A DNA stretch of 63,134 nucleotides, counting the filler, from Actinomycetota bacterium (GTDB taxonomy: Bacteria > Actinomycetota > Actinomycetes > JAKEEW01): NCBI GenBank assembly GCA_046725875.1. It is 5 parts of 5 records of this genome, joined end to end, with 100 filler letters (N's around TTAATTAATTAA, not from the genome) between each part and the next. Parts side by side here need not be neighbours in the genome. Positions count along the whole stretch, not along the records: positions 51,494 to 63,134 come from JBKOZJ010000109.1; 4 more parts are not named here. One strand, written 5' to 3'. This document shows positions 59,287 to 63,134 of the stretch, piece by piece. The notes beneath the pieces were generated by a model. The model did no database searches. It saw only the letters and a list, made by a program, of their open reading frames with translations, and had not been told where the DNA came from. Both the position numbers and the translations under genes were made by a program. The number at the start of each line of letters is the position of its first letter. Position 1 is the first letter of the stretch.

Positions 59287-59300
59287 CCTTCTACTCAAGG

Positions 59301-59747
59301 TCAGGATGCGGCAACGTCGACAGTCAGCGTGGCGGAGACGTCGGGGTGCAGCTTCACGGTCACCCTGTGCGCGCCCACGGTCTTGATCGGAGCGTCGAGC
59401 TCGATCCGGCGCTTGTCGATCTCCGGACCGCCGGCCCGCTTGACCGCGTCCACGATGTCCGCGACGGTGACCGAGCCAAAGAGGCGGCCCCCCTCGCCCG
59501 CCCGGACCGGCAGCCTGACCCGCAGCGACTCGAGCTGGCCCTTGACCTCGCTGGCCCGGCCTTGGTCGGCGATCTCGCGCACCTCCCGGGCACGCCTGAT
59601 CGAGTCGATTTGCTTCTCGCCACCCTTCGTCCAGGCGATGGCCAGGCCGCGCGGAATTAGGTAGTTGCGGCCGTAGCCGTCCTTCACCTCGACGACTTCC
59701 CCCGGCCCGCCGAGCCCGGTGACCTCTTGCTTGAGGATGAGCTTCAC
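59301..59747 (-). CDS. rplI: 50S ribosomal protein L9
   Basis: [23 protein letters not shown]. Confidence 0.98.
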   Translation of the reverse strand: MKLILKQEVTGLGGPGEVVEVKDGYGRNYLIPRGLAIAWTKGGEKQIDSIRRAREVREIADQGRASEVKGQLESLRVRLPVRAGEGGRLFGSVTVADIVDAVKRAGGPEIDKRRIELDAPIKTVGAHRVTVKLHPDVSATLTVDVAAS

Positions 59748-59762
59748 TGCGATGCCACCGCC

Positions 59763-59999
59763 TCAGCGCGCCGTGCTTGTGTACGGCAGCAGCGCCATTT
59801 CGCGGCTGTTCTTGATCGCGGTCGCGACGTCGCGCTGATGCTGCGTGCAATTGCCGGTCACCCGCCGGGCGCGGATCTTGCCGCGGTCGGAGATGAACTT
59901 TCGCAGCAGCGTGGTGTCCTTGTAGTCGATGTACGAAATGCCTTCCTTGCAGAAGACGCAAACCTTTCTCTTCGGCTTGCGCACTGGAATCTTTGCCAT
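59763..59999 (-). CDS. rpsR: 30S ribosomal protein S18 (Zn-binding C+ form)
   Basis: CVFC, IDYKD, ISDRGKI, TGNC..HQR. Confidence 0.98.
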   Translation of the reverse strand: MAKIPVRKPKRKVCVFCKEGISYIDYKDTTLLRKFISDRGKIRARRVTGNCTQHQRDVATAIKNSREMALLPYTSTAR

Positions 60000-60147
60000 C
60001 AGTAAACGTGCTCCTGTAGAAACGCTCTCTTGTCTTGTGTCTCATCGGTCGAGCTGTAGGAAGCGAAGTCCGTGCAGGAATTACCGCCAACGCCGAGGAC
60101 GGGATCCCGCGAAGGTCTCCACGGAGATCAGGCCCAATCGTGGGTGC

Positions 60148-60639
60148 CTAGAAAGGCGGCTCGTCGGTGCTCGCCCCGCCGCCGCCCCAGCCGTCTCCGG
60201 CTGGCGTCGCCGATGCCCACGGATCCTCCGCGGCCGGGGAGGCGTTGCCGCCGAAGCCGGTCCCGCTGGTCCGGGTCGTCTTGCTCACCTTCGCGGTCGC
60301 GTTGCGGAGACTCGGGCCGACCTCGTCGACCTCGACCTCGAACACGGTCCGCTTCTCACCCTCCTTGGTTTCATATGACCGCTGCTTGAGCCGGCCCTGC
60401 ACGATGACCCGCATGCCCCGCTGCAGGGACTCGGCGACGTGCTCGGCCGCCTGCCGCCACACGTTGCAGGTGAGGAAGAGGCTCTCGCCGTCCTTCCACT
60501 CGTTGGTCTGCCGATCCATATAGCGCGGTGTGGACGCCACCCGAAACTTCGCAACGGCCGCACCGCTCGGGGTGAACCGCAGCTCAGGGTCGTCGACAAG
60601 GTTGCCGACCAGGGTGATGACGGTGTCGCCTGCTGCCAT
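60148..60639 (-). CDS. ssb: Single-stranded DNA-binding protein
   Basis: [14 protein letters not shown]-terminal DEPPF. Confidence 0.98.
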   Translation of the reverse strand: MAAGDTVITLVGNLVDDPELRFTPSGAAVAKFRVASTPRYMDRQTNEWKDGESLFLTCNVWRQAAEHVAESLQRGMRVIVQGRLKQRSYETKEGEKRTVFEVEVDEVGPSLRNATAKVSKTTRTSGTGFGGNASPAAEDPWASATPAGDGWGGGGASTDEPPF

Positions 60640-60658
60640 GGAGGCCCCTCCTTGAGAG

Positions 60659-60949
60659 CTACCGGATATCCGGGCGGATGACCTTGGTGCGCAGCACAGC
60701 CTCGTTGAGGTTGAGCTGCCGGTCGAGCTCCTTGACGTCCGCGGGCTCGGCCTGCAGGTCGAGGACGGCATAGATGCCCTCGCCCTTCTTGTCGATCTCG
60801 TATGCGAGGCGCCGCCGGCCCCAGATGTCGACCTTCTCCACGTTGCCGCCGCCCTGGCGGATGACATTGAGGAACTGGTCGAGACTCGGTGCGACGGTGC
60901 GCTCCTCGAGGTCTGCGTCAAGGATGACCATCACCTCGTAACGACGCAT
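60659..60949 (-). CDS. rpsF: 30S ribosomal protein S6
   Basis: [20 protein letters not shown]. Confidence 0.98.
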   Translation of the reverse strand: MRRYEVMVILDADLEERTVAPSLDQFLNVIRQGGGNVEKVDIWGRRRLAYEIDKKGEGIYAVLDLQAEPADVKELDRQLNLNEAVLRTKVIRPDIR

Positions 60950-60954
60950 GCGTT

Positions 60955-61004
60955 AACCCACCTCCTCTGGACTCAACGGCCACGGACCACCCGCGACAGG
61001 AGGG
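60955..61004 (-). promoter_or_regulatory. rpsF leader (S6:S18 autoregulatory RNA-like)
   Basis: CCUCCU can pair with the GGAGG SD. An inner hairpin followed by CCG matches the known S6:S18 leader architecture. Confidence 0.6.
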
Positions 61005-61195
61005 CTACTGCGTCTGAACAGCAGCGCAAGACTACCCGCTCCGGGTGCCGTCCTTGCAATCTCGGCGGAATCTGTCCACAGTCAGGATCAGGAAGGCCGG
61101 GACGACCGCGCTCACCCCATCCCGACTCAGGCATGGGTGGCACCGCTCTCCTCGTCCACAGCACAGGCGGCTGTGATCTCCGCTGGAGGCCCGAT

Positions 61196-61501
61196 ATGGC
61201 ACAGGCGACAGCCCGACGGTTCCACCTCCCCCACCCGACCCTCAATACCGACGGTCAGCGCCATCCGCTGGCGAACACGATGACCGCCCTGACCGTGATC
61301 CTCGGATCGGTCGCGATCGCTTGTGCGTTCGATGACGACCTGCATGCCGTGGGATCGTGGCTCGGGATGGCAGGCACGTTGATCGGTTTCTACGCTCAGT
61401 TCATCTCCGCGACGACCGCGGAGCGCTTCGCCAATGTGATCTTTATCGGCGCCGCCTTTGTCGGCTGGGGCCTCAACATGGCCCACGGCGGCTTCCTCTG
61501 A
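61196..61501 (+). CDS. Small hypothetical membrane protein
   Basis: GGAGG RBS, three hydrophobic segments, Q.ISATT.ER motif. Confidence 0.7.
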   Translation: MAQATARRFHLPHPTLNTDGQRHPLANTMTALTVILGSVAIACAFDDDLHAVGSWLGMAGTLIGFYAQFISATTAERFANVIFIGAAFVGWGLNMAHGGFL

Positions 61502-61511
61502 CCCATCCGTT

Positions 61512-61600
61512 TCGCATGAACGGCACATTGGCTCGATAGGTTCGACTCAACGTGCCGTTGATCTGTCCTGGTTTGGCATGAACGGCACGTTCATGCCAAA
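61512..61600. repeat. Tandem REP-like palindromes
   Basis: GCATGAACGGCAC occurs twice; hairpin TTTGGCATGAACG-GCA-CGTTCATGCCAAA at 61572-61600. Confidence 0.65.
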
Positions 61601-61662
61601 TCGAACGGGTGCCTCACGTGCGGCCGCCCCGAACTGTCGGCTGCCAGTCGTAGGCTCGACCC

Positions 61663-62442
61663 ATGCGAATCGGGGCACACGTTGAGCAGGCCGACCCGAT
61701 CGCGGAGGCGCGCATCCGCGACGCGCAGCTGTCGCAGTTCTTCCTGGGCGATCCCCAGGGCTACAAAGGACCAGTGATCAACTACGCAGGCGGCGCGGCT
61801 AAGATGCGGGCCGATGCCGAGGCCGCCGGAGTCGATCTCTATGTTCATGCGCCTTACCTGATCAACGTCGCGACAACCAACAACCGCATTCGCATCCCGA
61901 GCCGCAAGCTCCTCCAGCAGCACGTCGACGCCGCAGCCGAGATCGGCGCGAAGGCGCTCATCGTCCACGGCGGGCACGTACTCAAGAGCGACGACGCGGC
62001 GATCGGGTTCGAAAACTGGCGCAAGACGGTCGACCGGCTGGAGATGCGCTGCCCGGTCTTCATCGAGAACACCGCTGGGGGCGACAACGCCATGGCCCGC
62101 AGGCTGGACGCAATTGCCCGGCTGTGGGAGGCGATCGATGAGCACGACGTTGGCTTTGTGCTCGACACTTGCCATGCGTACGCCGGTGGCATCGACCTCG
62201 AGGGTGTCGTCGACCGGGTCAAGGCGATCACCGGACGGATCGATCTTGTGCACGCCAATGGCTCTCGCGATCCGTTCGACTCGGGTCGCGACCGCCACTC
62301 CAACATCGAGGACGGCGACATCGATCCGGAGCTGATTGGTGCTATCGCCGTCGCCGCGGGCACACCGGTCGTCGTGGAAACGCCGGGCGGCGCCGAAGGC
62401 CACATGGCCGACATGGCCTACCTGCGCAAGTACGGAGCCTGA
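61663..62442 (+). CDS. nfo: Deoxyribonuclease IV (AP endonuclease)
   Basis: IGAHV, VHAPYLIN, VHGG, ENTAG, DTCH, DRH, ETP. Confidence 0.92.
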   Translation: MRIGAHVEQADPIAEARIRDAQLSQFFLGDPQGYKGPVINYAGGAAKMRADAEAAGVDLYVHAPYLINVATTNNRIRIPSRKLLQQHVDAAAEIGAKALIVHGGHVLKSDDAAIGFENWRKTVDRLEMRCPVFIENTAGGDNAMARRLDAIARLWEAIDEHDVGFVLDTCHAYAGGIDLEGVVDRVKAITGRIDLVHANGSRDPFDSGRDRHSNIEDGDIDPELIGAIAVAAGTPVVVETPGGAEGHMADMAYLRKYGA

Positions 62443-62640
62443 CGAGGCGACCGCATCTCGCGCTGGATCTCCGTAGGCCAATCCAGCGAGAATGCATGAT
62501 CCCAGAAGGGATCCACACCAGGCAGTCCCGCGGTCCAAGCTGTGCCGCAAGCCAGAGGTGGGTAGCCTCGGACCCGCACAGCACGGAACCGAGCCAGGGA
62601 CAAGCCCTGGAGGACTCACGCGGACCTCGGAGCAACCCGC

Positions 62641-63134
62641 ATGTCACTTCGGCTGCACCCCATCACCAGGCAGGAGCACCTGGCGTTCATCGCGGCCCGG
62701 CCTTCGGTGAGCTTCCTGCAGTGCCCGGCCTGGGGGCAGGTGAAAAGCGAGTGGCGGAGCGAGAGTGTCGGCTGGTTGGACGAGTTCGGTCAGGTCAAGG
62801 GCGCGGCGCTGGTCCTGTATCGCAAGGTGCCGCGGCTCAGGCGCTATCTCGCCTATCTGCCAGAGGGTCCGGCGATCGACTGGGCAGACGGAAACCTAAA
62901 GCGCTGGCTCGACCCGCTCGTCGACTACCTCAAGACCCGGAACGCGTTCGGGATCAAGATGGGGCCTCCGGTCACCGACCGCTTCTGGCACGCGGAGACC
63001 ATCAAGGCCGCGATTTCCGGCAAGACCGCCAAGCGGCTCCCGGACCTGCCGCCAGATGGCCGGGCGCCGCTCGGAGCCCAGGTCCGCGCCCAACTGGCCG
63101 CGCTGGGTTGGCATGCTCCCCCGGACGAGACCGG
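62641..63134 (+). CDS. femX: FemABX-family peptidoglycan bridge transferase (runs off window; absent from the ORF track)
   Basis: Own translation: MSLRLHPITRQEHLAFI..SFLQCPAWGQVK.EW..LVLYRKVP..YLAYLPEGP. Confidence 0.85.
   Translation, partial: MSLRLHPITRQEHLAFIAARPSVSFLQCPAWGQVKSEWRSESVGWLDEFGQVKGAALVLYRKVPRLRRYLAYLPEGPAIDWADGNLKRWLDPLVDYLKTRNAFGIKMGPPVTDRFWHAETIKAAISGKTAKRLPDLPPDGRAPLGAQVRAQLAALGWHAPPDET

Noticed and set aside
60640..60921. N-terminal extension of SSB in the ORF track
   Set aside because: It overlaps rpsF. The real start is ATG 60639, which has its own RBS.

Overview
High-GC actinobacterial (Actinomycetota) sequence, probably a draft genome or MAG. It is five contigs joined by artificial N-TTAATTAATTAA-N linkers (15742-15841, 26973-27072, 34013-34112, 51394-51493), so gene order across the linkers is meaningless. 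Contig 1: nucS, a tandem 3-hydroxyacyl-CoA dehydrogenase, a lipoprotein plus atypical FtsH paralogue, filP/scy-like cytoskeletal genes and ccrA-mce-thiolase-meaB. Contig 2: yczE/MocR pair, a PAP2-WS/DGAT fusion, a Gfo oxidoreductase, a lysyl oxidase, an M28 peptidase, CapA, rbpA and fxsA. Contig 3: a Wzz-like gene and a giant LamG/PKD/phosphoesterase exoprotein. Contig 4: WS/DGAT, pruA, kynA, large NAD-GDH, and an FtsK/EssC-like ATPase + WXG100 + pseudokinase + TadA cluster. Contig 5: MalT-like regulator, dnaB with a 515-aa class 3 intein, MATE transporter, rplI-rpsR-ssb-rpsF, nfo and femX. The most notable candidates are: (i) a minimal T7SSb-like cluster with a membrane pseudokinase next to a Tad ATPase; (ii) a DnaB intein whose LAGLIDADG endonuclease carries an inserted double zinc finger; (iii) a PAP2-acyltransferase fusion; (iv) an unannotated C-rich-loop sRNA candidate downstream of rbpA. 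All calls come from motif reading only; no searches were run.
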